NCBI GenBank assembly: GCA_963719035.1
Contig: CAVRAO010000012.1
Coordinates: 32,001-96,000, forward strand
DNA: 64,000 nucleotides
Reading direction: 5' to 3'
From: Methanobacteriota archaeon
GTDB taxonomy: Archaea > Halobacteriota > Bog-38 > Methanoflorentales > Methanoflorentaceae
Part shown: positions 10,460-20,938 of the stretch, in pieces
Layout: each line of letters opens with the position of its first letter
How positions within the stretch are numbered: position 1 is the first letter of the stretch
The notes under the pieces: model-generated
Told to the model about the DNA's origin: nothing
Databases searched by the model: none
Seen by the model: only the letters and a program-made list of their open reading frames with translations
Program-made: the position numbers and the translations under genes

Positions 10460-10892
10460 ATGTTGAAACAAGTGGACGACAAGAAAAAGATACTCTTCTT
10501 ATGCACCCATAATGCCGCACGCTCGCAGATCGCCGAGGCGTTTATCACTGCACGGTTGGAGGATCGATTTGTAGCACGCAGCGCGGGAAGTGAACCGACT
10601 GAGGTGCATCCATGCGCCGTCGAAGTGATGGTCGAACTTGGCATCGACTTGTCGAGACAACGTGCGAAATCATTGAACGAGTCTGATGACATACCCTTTG
10701 ACTATGTTGTTACCATATGTGCTGACGCCGCGGAGAACTGCCAAATTTTTCCGGGTGGAGCGACTTACATCCACCATCCCTTCGATGATCCGGAAGTGGT
10801 TGCGGAATCAGGCGCCGAGCACGTGCGCCTTTCAGATACGTGCGTGCCGAATCGGAGAGTGGATCGAGGCTACATTTTCTCAAAATCCGTAA
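10460..10892 (+). CDS. arsC: Thioredoxin-coupled arsenate reductase (LMW-PTP fold), with frameshift(s) near 10820-10850
   Basis: LFLCTHNAARSQ P-loop, TICADAAENC resolving Cys pair, FDDP; C-terminus RIGEWIEATFSQNP lies in another frame and matches the paralog at 43525. Confidence 0.85.
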
Positions 10893-11055
10893 GCCTCTAG
10901 CAATATTAGTCGAATATGATTTAACGAAAAGAACACAGAGCTAGTTTGAGTGTTGTCGTTTAGCTGCGCACGTCTCCAACAAACGCGTATTCGCGGCCGG
11001 TAGAAAAAAGAAAAAAGTGCCAATCCAAATTTATCAAACCGGCTGTGCGTCTCTT

Positions 11056-11358
11056 CTAATCTAACGCAGTCAAACCCGTTATGCGTCGCAGCTGAGCATG
11101 ACTATCCGCGATAGTGGCCTCTAGCTGCTGGTGCGTCGTGTCCGCTAGCTCTAAGATGTGCTTTGCCTCTCCCTGTTTCAAGCTAGCCTCGAATATGACT
11201 GCGGCGTGTTGCCCGCCGTCAAGCGATTTAATCTCATCCTTGAGCATTTTGGCCGTCCGCTCCGCGTTGCCGATTTCAGTTTTCTTGTTGGCGACATTAT
11301 TCGTACTGACAGCGACGCGGCCTGCCTCGTCTTGTTCTGTTTTTGTTTTTTCTTCCAT
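11056..11358 (-). CDS. Small coiled-coil hypothetical protein
   Basis: MEEKTKTEQDEAG... charged helical ORF; start uncertain. Confidence 0.4.
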   Translation of the reverse strand: MEEKTKTEQDEAGRVAVSTNNVANKKTEIGNAERTAKMLKDEIKSLDGGQHAAVIFEASLKQGEAKHILELADTTHQQLEATIADSHAQLRRITGLTALD

Positions 11359-11798
11359 CAAAGGTACAACGACGGGTGATAGCTTATAGCTGCGCAGGTT
11401 CAATACGTCGAAAAAGGAGGGAGTCCAAAACTGTCTGAGCGCATGCGCTGCGCGCTACTATATTGAGATAAAAGTCGTTCCTGTAGGCGCCTCAGTTTCG
11501 TATTTGTGGCGTGGAGAATGAGACGCCCCGCCGTTACGTGTGACACAAAGGCACTGTCACGCTTTTCCACACAATCCCGGTCTCACGCGGCCTTATGAAA
11601 CTACTCCGTGTAGTCCTGATTGGAGATGAACGTGATGGCAACGAATGCAACGACCATAAAAAACGGGGCCTGCTGGTATGGCCCCCATTTCGGCTGCTTG
11701 AACACCACAAACGATCCGAACTGCACCAAGTGCGCAGAGCGTCTCGCCCACGCCGTGGACAGCGAACGTCACCCCGGCATAGCAGCGCTAACTGAGTG

Positions 11799-12113
11799 AT
11801 GGCAAACAAGCAATCAAAAAAGGTTTTGGGCGCGGGTACAGCGCAGAGAGCTGATAGCGTTTGTGATCAAAACAAGGCACGTCTGTGGCTGAGCGATTTC
11901 CGCAAGTTTGCAGAGCAATATGGAGACATCATAGGCTGGGATGCCACGAACCGCAAATATGTCTTGGCGCACGGTATCACGGGAATTGATTGGGAGCACT
12001 ACAAGCATCCGTTGCTGGAACACGTCTATGACGTGTATATAAAGTGCTGGAAAAAAGTAGTGTTCACACGTGAGACGAAAAAGGTCAAGCACCGGTTGTT
12101 GGCGCTTAATTAG
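11799..12113 (+). CDS. Hypothetical protein
   Basis: About 104 aa ORF; its 5' about 60 bp are shared with 17692-17757. Confidence 0.45.
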   Translation: MANKQSKKVLGAGTAQRADSVCDQNKARLWLSDFRKFAEQYGDIIGWDATNRKYVLAHGITGIDWEHYKHPLLEHVYDVYIKCWKKVVFTRETKKVKHRLLALN

Positions 12114-12199
12114 ACAGTCCATCAAACAATTCGGTTGAATGAGGATTACGTTACATCAAGCGTTTGCTTTTACACGGGACGTTCAGTGTGCAGACTAGG

Positions 12200-12571
12200 C
12201 TAGAACCGCGAAAATCCTGAGCTGAGTTCGTGCACGACGACGGTCGACCCACCCGTCGTCTGGGAGAGTCGCATCTTTTCCAACAGACTCTGACTTGGCT
12301 TGCCGTAGATGTCGATTTGAGACAGATTGATGAGCTCTTGCGGGAAAGCGGATCCTGTCATTTCCATGTGCAACTCCACTGATGCGGAATTGGGGTGTAC
12401 CTGGATGACTGTCAGTTGCGTGCCGCCTTCGTTGAGGTATGCGTTATAGGCGCTCATCTGAGGCTCTTTTGCCTTGACTAACTCGACCAAATTGTTCATT
12501 ACCGCCTTGAGCTCCTCGAGCTTTCCCTCACGGATTTCAGAGCAGCCTACGATCACTATATTCTCTGACAT
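12200..12571 (-). CDS. Dimeric alpha/beta-barrel (ABM-like) hypothetical protein
   Basis: GKLEELK...KAKEP..AYN.YLNE..TQLTVIQVHPNSAS...H pattern; AAGGAGTG RBS. Confidence 0.7.
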   Translation of the reverse strand: MSENIVIVGCSEIREGKLEELKAVMNNLVELVKAKEPQMSAYNAYLNEGGTQLTVIQVHPNSASVELHMEMTGSAFPQELINLSQIDIYGKPSQSLLEKMRLSQTTGGSTVVVHELSSGFSRF

Positions 12572-13099
12572 GTTATCACTCCTTTAACGGACATTCACGC
12601 TGGATGATGCGAAAAGCCTTCTCCTGTTTATCCAAGACCATAACAACGTTTAGAAGTAGACTGAAGAACAGACCCGCGGATACTCCTTCTATTGCGTGCT
12701 CATCTTTCTCATCGTTCGCCTTTTTCACTATTTCAAAACCAATCGTGTCGCAGAAACGGTTATACGTGGAAGTGTCCGCTTCAACTTGTGGAGGTAGGTA
12801 AAATATGGGCGATATAGACATAGACGACTTAAAAAAGTATTGGAAGCGTTGAGTAACAGGAACGCACTGCACGATGGTGATGTTATAGAGGTAGCCAAAG
12901 AAGGCGAACAAGAACCAACCAGGGTAGCGATTTCTGTAATTGATAATGAAGTGGAGTGTAACCAATGTGGTCCGCCGACGCCGCGCAAAAACAAGCAGCA
13001 AAGCCATTAAGCCGCTGGGTGATAAGCGCGTGTTAGCCCTATACGCACACGCTAGTGTTTGGAATGACAAATTGCATTATTAGGACACAAGGAGAACAC

Positions 13100-13702
13100 A
13101 TGATAACAAGCGCTTTTTCACTATTATCGATTGGCGGGGTGGCTATCGCTACTGGGGTTGTGGGTCTATTGGCGTTGGTCACCATCGTCTTGTTCTTTTC
13201 TATTGGTCAACCCTTCGGCACAATTAATGATTATTGCATTGGTCTGACGGCAATCTTGAGCATGGTTTTAGTTTGGATGTTATATCCCGAACATCATGCG
13301 CAGTCGCCGATCTTAAGCCAGGTTTTGCTTATTGTTGCATTGATCGGCGCGATAGTTGTTGTTATTGGTGCAGCACTTACCATCTCAGGAAAAACTGGCT
13401 TTTACCTGTCAGGCATGTATATGGCTGCTGGAAACGCCTTGATTGGATTGTGGCTATTAGGACTAAACTACTCTGCTCTGAGAGGCGATCCTTGGCCGCA
13501 CAGTCTGACCATATTGGGGCTTGTTAGTGGTGTGTTCTTGGCACTCGGCCTGGTGGCCATTCTTGGGATAATCCGCGGCATTGATACAAAAGAGTACGTA
13601 TTTTCTACATACAATGGTATTTGGGGGACAAGCTTTCTTGGATCACTTGTTCTTTATCCCATCTGGTGCATTCTCTTAGGACGCTATCTCTTGCTAAGTT
13701 AA
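13100..13702 (+). CDS. Hypothetical multi-pass membrane protein
   Basis: AGGAG RBS before ATG 13100; about 6 TM segments; GQPFGTIND motif. Confidence 0.75.
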   Translation: MITSAFSLLSIGGVAIATGVVGLLALVTIVLFFSIGQPFGTINDYCIGLTAILSMVLVWMLYPEHHAQSPILSQVLLIVALIGAIVVVIGAALTISGKTGFYLSGMYMAAGNALIGLWLLGLNYSALRGDPWPHSLTILGLVSGVFLALGLVAILGIIRGIDTKEYVFSTYNGIWGTSFLGSLVLYPIWCILLGRYLLLS

Positions 13703-13991
13703 ATTGACGAGAGATTGTATAGCAATCAGGTGCAGGTATACAATCCTATGCTTAAGCCACAAAAAAAAGAATATTTTGAGTTATTTGGCGCCATAAAAAA
13801 GGGTTTTGAGAGTTTTGCGAGGCGATATAGTGGGATGGAATGGATCCAATCGAGCGTATATTCCGACCCACGGTGCGAGGCATCGAGTGGAGTAATTATC
13901 GGCATCCCTTGCCCGAGCACGTGTATGCTGTGTATATGCAATATTGGAGAGCCGTGCAGTTCGATCTGTGATTACATTGCGTGATGGGCAA

Positions 13992-14095
13992 AACGTAGTC
14001 AAAGTGGGATGGAAAGCGGAACCCGGCCAGTATCCCCAGACGGATTTGCTCACGTGTGCGATCACCGCCGAGCGGGCAGGCTTCGACTACTTTTG
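13992..14095 (+). pseudogene. 5' fragment of F420-dependent LLM-class oxidoreductase
   Basis: VKVGWKAEPGQYPQTDLLTCAITAERAGFDY resembles the N-terminus of F420-dependent G6PD-like enzymes; similarity then ends. Confidence 0.55.
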
Positions 14096-14145
14096 TCGGC
14101 TGTTCGCCGGCGAGTTGAAAAAAAATCGAAAACTTCTATTAGCTC

Positions 14146-14367
14146 TTGTTGTTTAGTTGCTGTTTGGATCTGGGGAGAACAATACGGTATTTAGTAGTTA
14201 ATTCGATACTGGGCCTCATCGTACTAGCTTTGGCGAAATTCCTTGGACTCCCAGTGCCCATAAATTGGATCACTGTACTTATTTGTGCACTGGCGGGTAT
14301 CCCTGGAGCTTTGCTCGTGATACTATTATACTGGCTCGGCATCGTCATCCCCATCATCATCCCGTAA
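14146..14367 (+). CDS. BofA-family (pro-sigmaK processing inhibitor-like) small membrane protein; 5' end uncertain
   Basis: VNSILGLIVL...VPINWITVLICALAGIPGALLVIIL motif. Confidence 0.75.
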   Translation: MLFSCCLDLGRTIRYLVVNSILGLIVLALAKFLGLPVPINWITVLICALAGIPGALLVILLYWLGIVIPIIIP

Positions 14368-14452
14368 ATAAAAAGCAGATTTTAGGGGCAAAATGCATTC
14401 CTTGCGTTGCCAGACCCATTAGTCCCTTGCGAACTATCCGCACCTAGAATTT

Positions 14453-15481
14453 CTACTTCCCCAGTCGATAAGCGTAGTTCATGTAAGTTGATAAATCCCA
14501 TGAAAGCACCAGAGAAGGCTCCACATAACAATGAAGGCTACACTCTACGCAGTCCCGTGTTCCCTTCCAGTCAAATCCGCTGATCGCCGATTTTATACCA
14601 GTTTCTAAAACCGAAGCGCTAGCCGTGTATTCGTTGCGAACATAACAAGGCAGCACCAATTTTCCATACGGGTCGACGTTAATTACCGCCCAGGGCTTAC
14701 ACCTCCATCTCTTCTCATGAGCTATCACTTTAAAATAATTAATCGAATTAACGAGCGGGTAGCCTTTTTTCTTCATATCAACGAGTTTCCTAGCTATCTC
14801 TGCGACTTCGTGAGCGTTGAGTGCAGACGCCTCGGCGTCGGAGTACGCATGAGCAACGGAGACGGATATTCCGGCACCCAACTCCTTTGCCAACCGCACC
14901 ATGTCCTCTATCTCATTCAGGTTCTCCTCCACGATCGTCGTGTTGATTGTCACAGGACCCCGCTGTGTGGCCGCAGCTACACCCCGTATAGCTTCTTTGA
15001 AGCACCCGTTAACGCCCCTGATCTCATTATGGGTCTTCTCCAAGCCGTCTAGCGAAACATAGACGACGCCGTTGATGTATGGTGTAATTTCATCTATCCT
15101 TGATTCGAGGAGAGTGCCATTGGTTATGAGACTCGTGTGCAGCGGCAGAGAACGAGAATAAGCAAGAATCTCGACCAAGTCTTTTCTAAGCAGCGGCTCT
15201 CCGCCTTCAAACGCTATCGCACAAACACCAGAATCATAGATCTGCCTTAGAATCGCTTTTTCTTTCTCCAGAATCAAATCTTGGCTGGATCGTTTCCAGA
15301 AGGGGCACATCTTACACCTGAGGTTGCAGTTGTACGTGAGCTTGTGTCCGCAGAACAGCGGAGCCCTTACTCCCAGCGAGTTAGAGATGAGCCCTCGATA
15401 TATCCTCAGACCTAGTCGCAACGTTTCCCTGTAGGCGCTTGCGTGATTTTCTGTGTTAGTATACTTGGTTGCCCGTCTCAT
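14453..15481 (-). CDS. Radical SAM protein with C-terminal SPASM/twitch-like Cys cluster (archaeal PTO1314-like)
   Basis: CNLRCKMC, FEGGEPLLR, TNG, VSLDG; C-terminal C..C.LHC. Confidence 0.9.
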   Translation of the reverse strand: MRRATKYTNTENHASAYRETLRLGLRIYRGLISNSLGVRAPLFCGHKLTYNCNLRCKMCPFWKRSSQDLILEKEKAILRQIYDSGVCAIAFEGGEPLLRKDLVEILAYSRSLPLHTSLITNGTLLESRIDEITPYINGVVYVSLDGLEKTHNEIRGVNGCFKEAIRGVAAATQRGPVTINTTIVEENLNEIEDMVRLAKELGAGISVSVAHAYSDAEASALNAHEVAEIARKLVDMKKKGYPLVNSINYFKVIAHEKRWRCKPWAVINVDPYGKLVLPCYVRNEYTASASVLETGIKSAISGFDWKGTRDCVECSLHCYVEPSLVLSWDLSTYMNYAYRLGK

Positions 15482-15921
15482 TTTCTAGGTCATTTGTGTT
15501 TGTGGATCTATAGAATAAAAACAAAAGCGAACGGCGACTTAAAAATTTCTATTCTATGCGAACGAATTTGTGCAACATCTATTGCATATATTACAGCTCA
15601 TTCTTGGCCTTATTTGCGCTTAATAGTAAGTCTGTACAAACGACATGATAGTTGAATCTTATATTTCGCGCAGAACGCGAAAGAATACAAAATCTTTTTT
15701 TGAGAAGTCGCTAAGCACGCAGCACTAACCGTTATTTTGAGGCCCATGTACGTTAGCCGCATTAAGGTAATATCCGTTCTCAAAGTGATAATGTGTGCTT
15801 GACTATATGGGTTAAAATCCCGTCAAGCCGTTGGTTTGTCAGAAAAGTGTATGAGGGTCTAAACACTCTTTTAAATGTGGTGGCTCGTATTAACTGCAAT
15901 AACATAACTGGAGGGACGAAC

Positions 15922-16074
15922 TTGATCGAAAGCGACTTTGAAGAGCTGAAAAAACGAGTTGAACAGCTTGAGGCGTGTTGTAGAGAATTGCGGGAGAAAA
16001 TACGTCCTGAAAAACTAGTGCCAGATATCTACGAATTTGACGATGAGTTGGCCCGGCTCAAAGGCCGCCTTTAA
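15922..16074 (+). CDS. Small coiled-coil hypothetical protein
   Basis: GGAGGG RBS before TTG; IESDFEELKKRVEQLEACCRELREK... Confidence 0.5.
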   Translation: MIESDFEELKKRVEQLEACCRELREKIRPEKLVPDIYEFDDELARLKGRL

Positions 16075-16764
16075 GGTTTATTTGACATGGCACTTTTTTG
16101 AAAGTGAGATTAGCCCGAATGATAAGAACGGTACAAGCACCGCTATTCCACACCAGCGTACGCTTTGACAGGCGCCTAGTGAACACACCACCCTGATCAA
16201 GCACAGCGCTTCATGCTTTCTTCAAACAACGTTACCACTGAGACATCAGTCCTTTGATAATTCCTCACAGACGAATTTGGTTTCTCATTGAAAGTGCTAT
16301 ACGCGAAATTGCTCAGAGGAAAGCTTCACCATATAGTCGGCAGTAGAATCCGACTACTCGCTGCTGGAAACATAATTGCCAACTAGTAATTTGTCATGCT
16401 GTCCTTATTTTTGACCAAGACTGCAAGTGGATTATGCGCGTTTCCACGTGTTTCTTAACGCGTAGTTATAGAGCTTGGTTCGAGAGTGGCGTTAACAAAA
16501 AGGCGCTTTTTTTAACAGCGTGTTATGAATCGCACGTTTGTCTCACCTGAAAGTAGCGAATCGAACATATGATGAGCTGAGCTGCGAGCGTAATCGGGGA
16601 CAAAGGTGGACTCGGCTAAGGTAGGAATGGCGATAGTCGTTGTGCTGAGCTGCGGTTTTTCGACGATTGCCCTCGCAAGAGTTAACGGGTCGCGCCATCA
16701 AGGGAGTGCTCCCGCGTCCGTCAAGGTTTACGGTGCCCCTAACGATAGCCGTTTGATTCGAGGG

Positions 16765-17196
16765 CTACTTCGGCATTAACACGGCGTCAATGATGTGAAC
16801 GACCCCGTTAGTGCACTCAAGGTTGGCTTCTTTAACCGCAGCATCGTTTATCTTGATCCCGTGCCGCAACCAATGATGTTCGTGAACCTCGAGCATATCA
16901 CCTTGGACAGTAAGAAGAGTCTGCTGCTTGGCCAAATCAGCCGCAAAGTGCTTGCCGGCCACCACGTGATACGTAAGAACGCTCGTCAGCTGTTCCTTGT
17001 CTTTGAGCAAACTGTCAAGTGTGCCAGCTGGAACATTACTGAATGCCTCATTATCAGGAGCAAAGATCGTCAAGGGGCTTTGCCCTTTGAGCGTTTCTAC
17101 CAGATCAGCTGCAATCGCTGCCTTTAAAAAAGTGGATAAATCATCAGCTTGCGTTACTAAGGTCGCAATATCTACATTGAACTTCAATTTAGTCAC
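16765..17196 (-). CDS. Fasciclin (FAS1) domain protein
   Basis: TIFAPDNEAF, LTYHVV, NGVVHIIDAVLMP motifs. Confidence 0.92.
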   Translation of the reverse strand: MTKLKFNVDIATLVTQADDLSTFLKAAIAADLVETLKGQSPLTIFAPDNEAFSNVPAGTLDSLLKDKEQLTSVLTYHVVAGKHFAADLAKQQTLLTVQGDMLEVHEHHWLRHGIKINDAAVKEANLECTNGVVHIIDAVLMPK

Positions 17197-17641
17197 CTGC
17201 TTTACGATTTGGCTTAAAGCCGTTTCTTTTTGGACAGTTATGATAGTTTAAGTTATCGCGCTGTACGCGCGAATAAGCGTAAAAGCTCAAGCTTTTAAAT
17301 AGGCTCCTTATCGCGACGGAGCTCCGAGGGAAGTCCCCGTTCTGTCTGCAGCAACGTCTCTAGATTCGCGACCTTTTGCTATAAGAGTAGTTCGATCTTG
17401 TCTTGCAGGCCTATGGCGACCACGTCCCTCGAATTCTTCGCCAGCTGCGGCTTTTCTGTAAACGAACGGTTGCACTCATTTGCTCCGCAAAAAGAAAACG
17501 TATAAGATTATTCGAGCTAAAATAATCGCACTTAAGTGAAAAAGTGCGGCGTGTGGGCAAGTCAAAAAGTACTACGTTGAATGCCAACTATGCGGCGTAC
17601 GGGTAACGCGCCAGAATTCCTAGAGCGGCGAGGGGGATACT

Positions 17642-17812
17642 ATGACCGACGATAAAAATAACGGCAGAGAATTGCGCGAACCAGCGACGGAAAGCAAGCG
17701 ATCAAAAAGGCGTTGGGCGCGGGTACAGCGCAGAGAGCTGATAGCGTTCGCGATCATCATCGGTATGTTGATAGTCACCGCCACGCTAATCGTGGTGTAT
17801 TTATTAGTTTAG
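17642..17812 (+). CDS. Small 56-aa single-TM protein (not in ORF track)
   Basis: GAGGGGG RBS; MTDDKNNGRELREPATESKRSKRRWARVQRRELIAFAIIIGMLIVTATLIVVYLLV*. Confidence 0.65.
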   Translation: MTDDKNNGRELREPATESKRSKRRWARVQRRELIAFAIIIGMLIVTATLIVVYLLV

Positions 17813-17845
17813 AGGCGATATCGGTCAAAGGAGGTGGTAAGGTAT

Positions 17846-17926
17846 ATGGGCGTCAGGGACTTAGTATGGCTTATTATCGTGATTATAGTCATAGTCGTCG
17901 TTCTGCGTTTTTTGGGTATCCTCTAA
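17846..17926 (+). CDS. 26-aa hydrophobic micro-protein (not in ORF track)
   Basis: AAGGAGGTG RBS; MGVRDLVWLIIVIIVIVVVLRFLGIL*. Confidence 0.65.
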   Translation: MGVRDLVWLIIVIIVIVVVLRFLGIL

Positions 17927-18022
17927 GAGGATTAGACAAATCACTTGCTTATGACGACTGGACGAACGGAATTACCTTAATCATACAAAGCTCGCTTGGC
18001 GTCACACGGCGTATCGTGCTTG

Positions 18023-18322
18023 CAGGCCCCCAAACCGTATCCTACGACCATGATGGGCTTGCGCCTGCCCCACTTATCCGAAAGCCAGCCGGAAAAGATT
18101 TTGAGGATGCTCGCCGTACTCTCTGCTACTCCCTCGATCGCTCCCACGTAACGTAGCTTGCACCGATGACGCTCACGAGGAACAGCGGTATCAGGGGATA
18201 GATCATCTCACTGCTGATATAGTAAAGAGGCTCACCAGCCCCAGGACGATGATGTTTGGTCCCAGACCTGCCAGCATCCGATCCCTCACGTTTGAGCTCC
18301 TCATCTCTTCATTCGAAGGCAT
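18023..18322 (-). pseudogene. Truncated, frameshifted MFS transporter 5' fragment
   Basis: NIIVLGLVSLFT/ISSEMIYPLIPLFL/IEGVAESTASILKIFSGWLSDKWGRRKP (MFS motif A) spread over three frames, then truncated. Confidence 0.75.
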
Positions 18323-18854
18323 ATAAGGTCTCGGTCATTTCGCAAAATCATTAACTGTCGTCGCCAGTACACCTTCATCCCGCGCGATTTCACCAGATGG
18401 ATGCTGGCCGACGTAGCGCGACTAAAATAGCGAGTAAAAAAGCGGTAATCACGAGCAATGGGGTCGCATCAAGATACACGGTGACTTCCTCAATCGGCTA
18501 GCGATCTTGTGGGAGTCATCAGCCTTATGCGATTACAGTGAACTCCATCACCCGTATGTGGGACATAACCATGTTCTTACATAGCTATTACTACTATCTC
18601 GCTCCCGCACGAAAAGTGCTTTGGGGACATCAAGTCACTTGGAATGAGTGAATGTATCCAACAAACAGCTGAAATCGAGGACACGAAGTGCGGGAACAGA
18701 CGACACTGAAAGAGAGCGAAAATGTTAAACAGTTGGAATACCAATTGATATATTGACTAAACCCCCTCCTTGCAAGTCGATATGTTGCACGTCTTGTTCT
18801 TGGGCGTGGTTTAGTCTCTCCGCAATTTATTCAATCGATAACCTTACACAATCT

Positions 18855-19388
18855 ATGGTCTTCGGGTTCGGCACGCCAAATGTGCAAAAAATGAGCGAGA
18901 AGCTCGACATTAAAGGGCTCATCAAGGCCTTAGGGTATGAGAAGGACAGTGACGTTCGCCGTGAGGCTGCAAAAGCCCTTGGCAAGATCGGCGATAGCAG
19001 GGCAGTGGAACCGCTGATAAATGCGCTCAACGACTCTGACAGTGACGTTCGCCGTGAGGCTGCAAAAGCCCTTGGCAAGATCGGCGATAGCAGGTCAGTG
19101 GAACCGCTGATAAATGCGCTCAACGACTATGAAAGTCGGGTCCGCTTATGGGCTGCGACCTCCCTTTCTAAGATAGGTAAACCAGCCTTTGAGCCGTTGA
19201 TAAAAGCGCTCAACGACTCTAACAATGAAGTTCGATGTGCGGCTGCTAAAGCCCTTGGTGAGATCGGCGACAGCAGGGCAGTGGAGACCTTAACTAAGGC
19301 GTTAGACGATACTTGCGTGGATGTTGGCACGAGTGCAAAGGAAGCCCTTCACAAGATGAGCATCAACAGAGGATGCTGTATGGTATAA
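18855..19388 (+). CDS. HEAT/PBS-lyase repeat protein
   Basis: Repeated [26 protein letters not shown] units; ends RGCCMV. Confidence 0.9.
   Translation: MVFGFGTPNVQKMSEKLDIKGLIKALGYEKDSDVRREAAKALGKIGDSRAVEPLINALNDSDSDVRREAAKALGKIGDSRSVEPLINALNDYESRVRLWAATSLSKIGKPAFEPLIKALNDSNNEVRCAAAKALGEIGDSRAVETLTKALDDTCVDVGTSAKEALHKMSINRGCCMV
18945..19128 (+). repeat. 93-bp-period tandem duplication (one HEAT unit), near-identical
   Basis: gacagtgacgttcgccgtgaggctgc...gcgctcaacgact at 18945 and 19038; one visible substitution (gca/tca). Confidence 0.9.
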
Positions 19389-19760
19389 CCCTCACTTAAT
19401 GCGCCGAGTTCCATAGGTGCCAGTTGGGCTCAGTAGGCCATCTACAGACGAATACGTGATCTTATTTGGGGAAACAGCGCCTATAGAAAGCGATCAACCG
19501 AAACTCCTCACTTCTCGTAATAGTTCACTTCTGAGGAAGAATTTTCCGGCAAAATCTTACCTCTTCCAAAAGAGTAACAATAGGTGATAGACTTAAGCGT
19601 TATCGTTTTGGTTGCTAGATGTATCCTCACTCATATCTTCTTGTGGCTAGACGTAAATGGAATCCGCTAAATGCTTGAAATCGAAAAAAGAAACAATAAG
19701 CTAGAAGATGAGGATTAGATTATAGGGACCCATTTCTAACTTTTTTAATCAACAAGTCTG

Positions 19761-20294
19761 CTATGCGGTTATAGTAATCTTTGACTGTATTTGCGAAGGT
19801 TGATAACAACTATCACCCGCAAATTTTAGTATGACGTCGTACGTGCCCGGATTCAAGCTGCTTGTGTCGAGATACGCTGTATAAAAACAGTCGGAACCTC
19901 CAGACGATACCGCGCCAATTGTCGCAGAGACCGTTCCGTGGCCACAAATCCGGATCCCTGACGCAAGAACATTGATTCCCATACTGGTTCCCTTTGCCAC
20001 ATTTGGATCGCTGACGAATTGTATTGAGGTCGCTATCATCGCTGAAGGTGTAGGCGTCGTTGCAGTTGGCGATGCGCTCGGTGATGGTGCAACTGTGGGA
20101 GAAGTTGTGGCGGCTGTGGTGGTGGCAGCTGTGGTGGTGGGAGCTGTGGTGGTGGCCGATATAGTAGTCGAAGAATTCGTGCTTGGCATAGCACTTGGTG
20201 TTTGATTAGTATTGCTTGTCGTGCAACCCGCTACTAAAATAGAAGCAACCACGAGCAATAGAACAGCTATCGCAGTTATTAGTTTTAGTTGCAT
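19761..20294 (-). CDS. Surface lipoprotein with Thr/Ser/Pro-rich linker and Ig-like C-terminal domain
   Basis: Lipobox VAGC, TTAATT low-complexity linker, PGTYDVILKFAGD..YQPS. Confidence 0.8.
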   Translation of the reverse strand: MQLKLITAIAVLLLVVASILVAGCTTSNTNQTPSAMPSTNSSTTISATTTAPTTTAATTTAATTSPTVAPSPSASPTATTPTPSAMIATSIQFVSDPNVAKGTSMGINVLASGIRICGHGTVSATIGAVSSGGSDCFYTAYLDTSSLNPGTYDVILKFAGDSCYQPSQIQSKITITA

Positions 20295-20391
20295 ATGCTA
20301 ATGCAAGAGGCGAATGTTGGCTTAACGTTTACTGTTTAGAGAGATTAAATGGAACGCGTTATACACTCCTTATATTCCTTGAACAACCGCG

Positions 20392-20763
20392 TTATGATCT
20401 CGTCATACGTTTCGCCTTTCTCACGATGACTTGGGAGAGAGCTTCAATCTCCTCGGACCGAACCTCTTGCATCCCGCGTTTGATGATTCCTTCCCTTGTT
20501 GCAACAATGTACACATCTGGTCTCGTTCCGATCGTATCCATTCTCTTTTTTACACAGCACTCCTCACACCCATCTACCGCGACGAGATTTTCCTCGTCTT
20601 GGAGTTCCTCCTCCAGCGGACGTTTCAGGGCGGTAAGATGGAGATGACGAGCAATCAGTTTCGGATGTCGGTAACGGAGCCAGGTTCCGGTCCTGGTGGT
20701 GAGCTGCCCCGTATGGGAGATCCCAGAGCATGTCAGGAGGAGGACCTGCCGGTCATCCTTCAT
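20392..20763 (-). CDS. DGC domain putative zinc-binding protein
   Basis: CSG.S..GQLT and VAVDGCEECC motifs. Confidence 0.85.
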   Translation of the reverse strand: MKDDRQVLLLTCSGISHTGQLTTRTGTWLRYRHPKLIARHLHLTALKRPLEEELQDEENLVAVDGCEECCVKKRMDTIGTRPDVYIVATREGIIKRGMQEVRSEEIEALSQVIVRKAKRMTRS

Positions 20764-20938
20764 GCTGTTTCCTCTCGTTGTCGAACTACTAGTAGATTCA
20801 TTCGGTTCCCTGATCCGGACTATTGATTAAAAGTTTATTGGAATTCCTAACACCTTAGAACGCCCATGATCGCATTTGCGACGATCTGCTTAGTTTCTCC
20901 CCTATACTGCAGATGGCAGCTAACAACGAATCTTAATC

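Noticed and set aside
12576-13070. 164-aa minus-strand ORF as a real gene
   Set aside because: It looks like a patchwork with no recognisable domain or RBS; it may contain gene fragments.
16075-16764. Long ORF-free interval as an ncRNA
   Set aside because: No recognisable structure, repeat or family motif by eye; an Infernal/Rfam scan would be needed.
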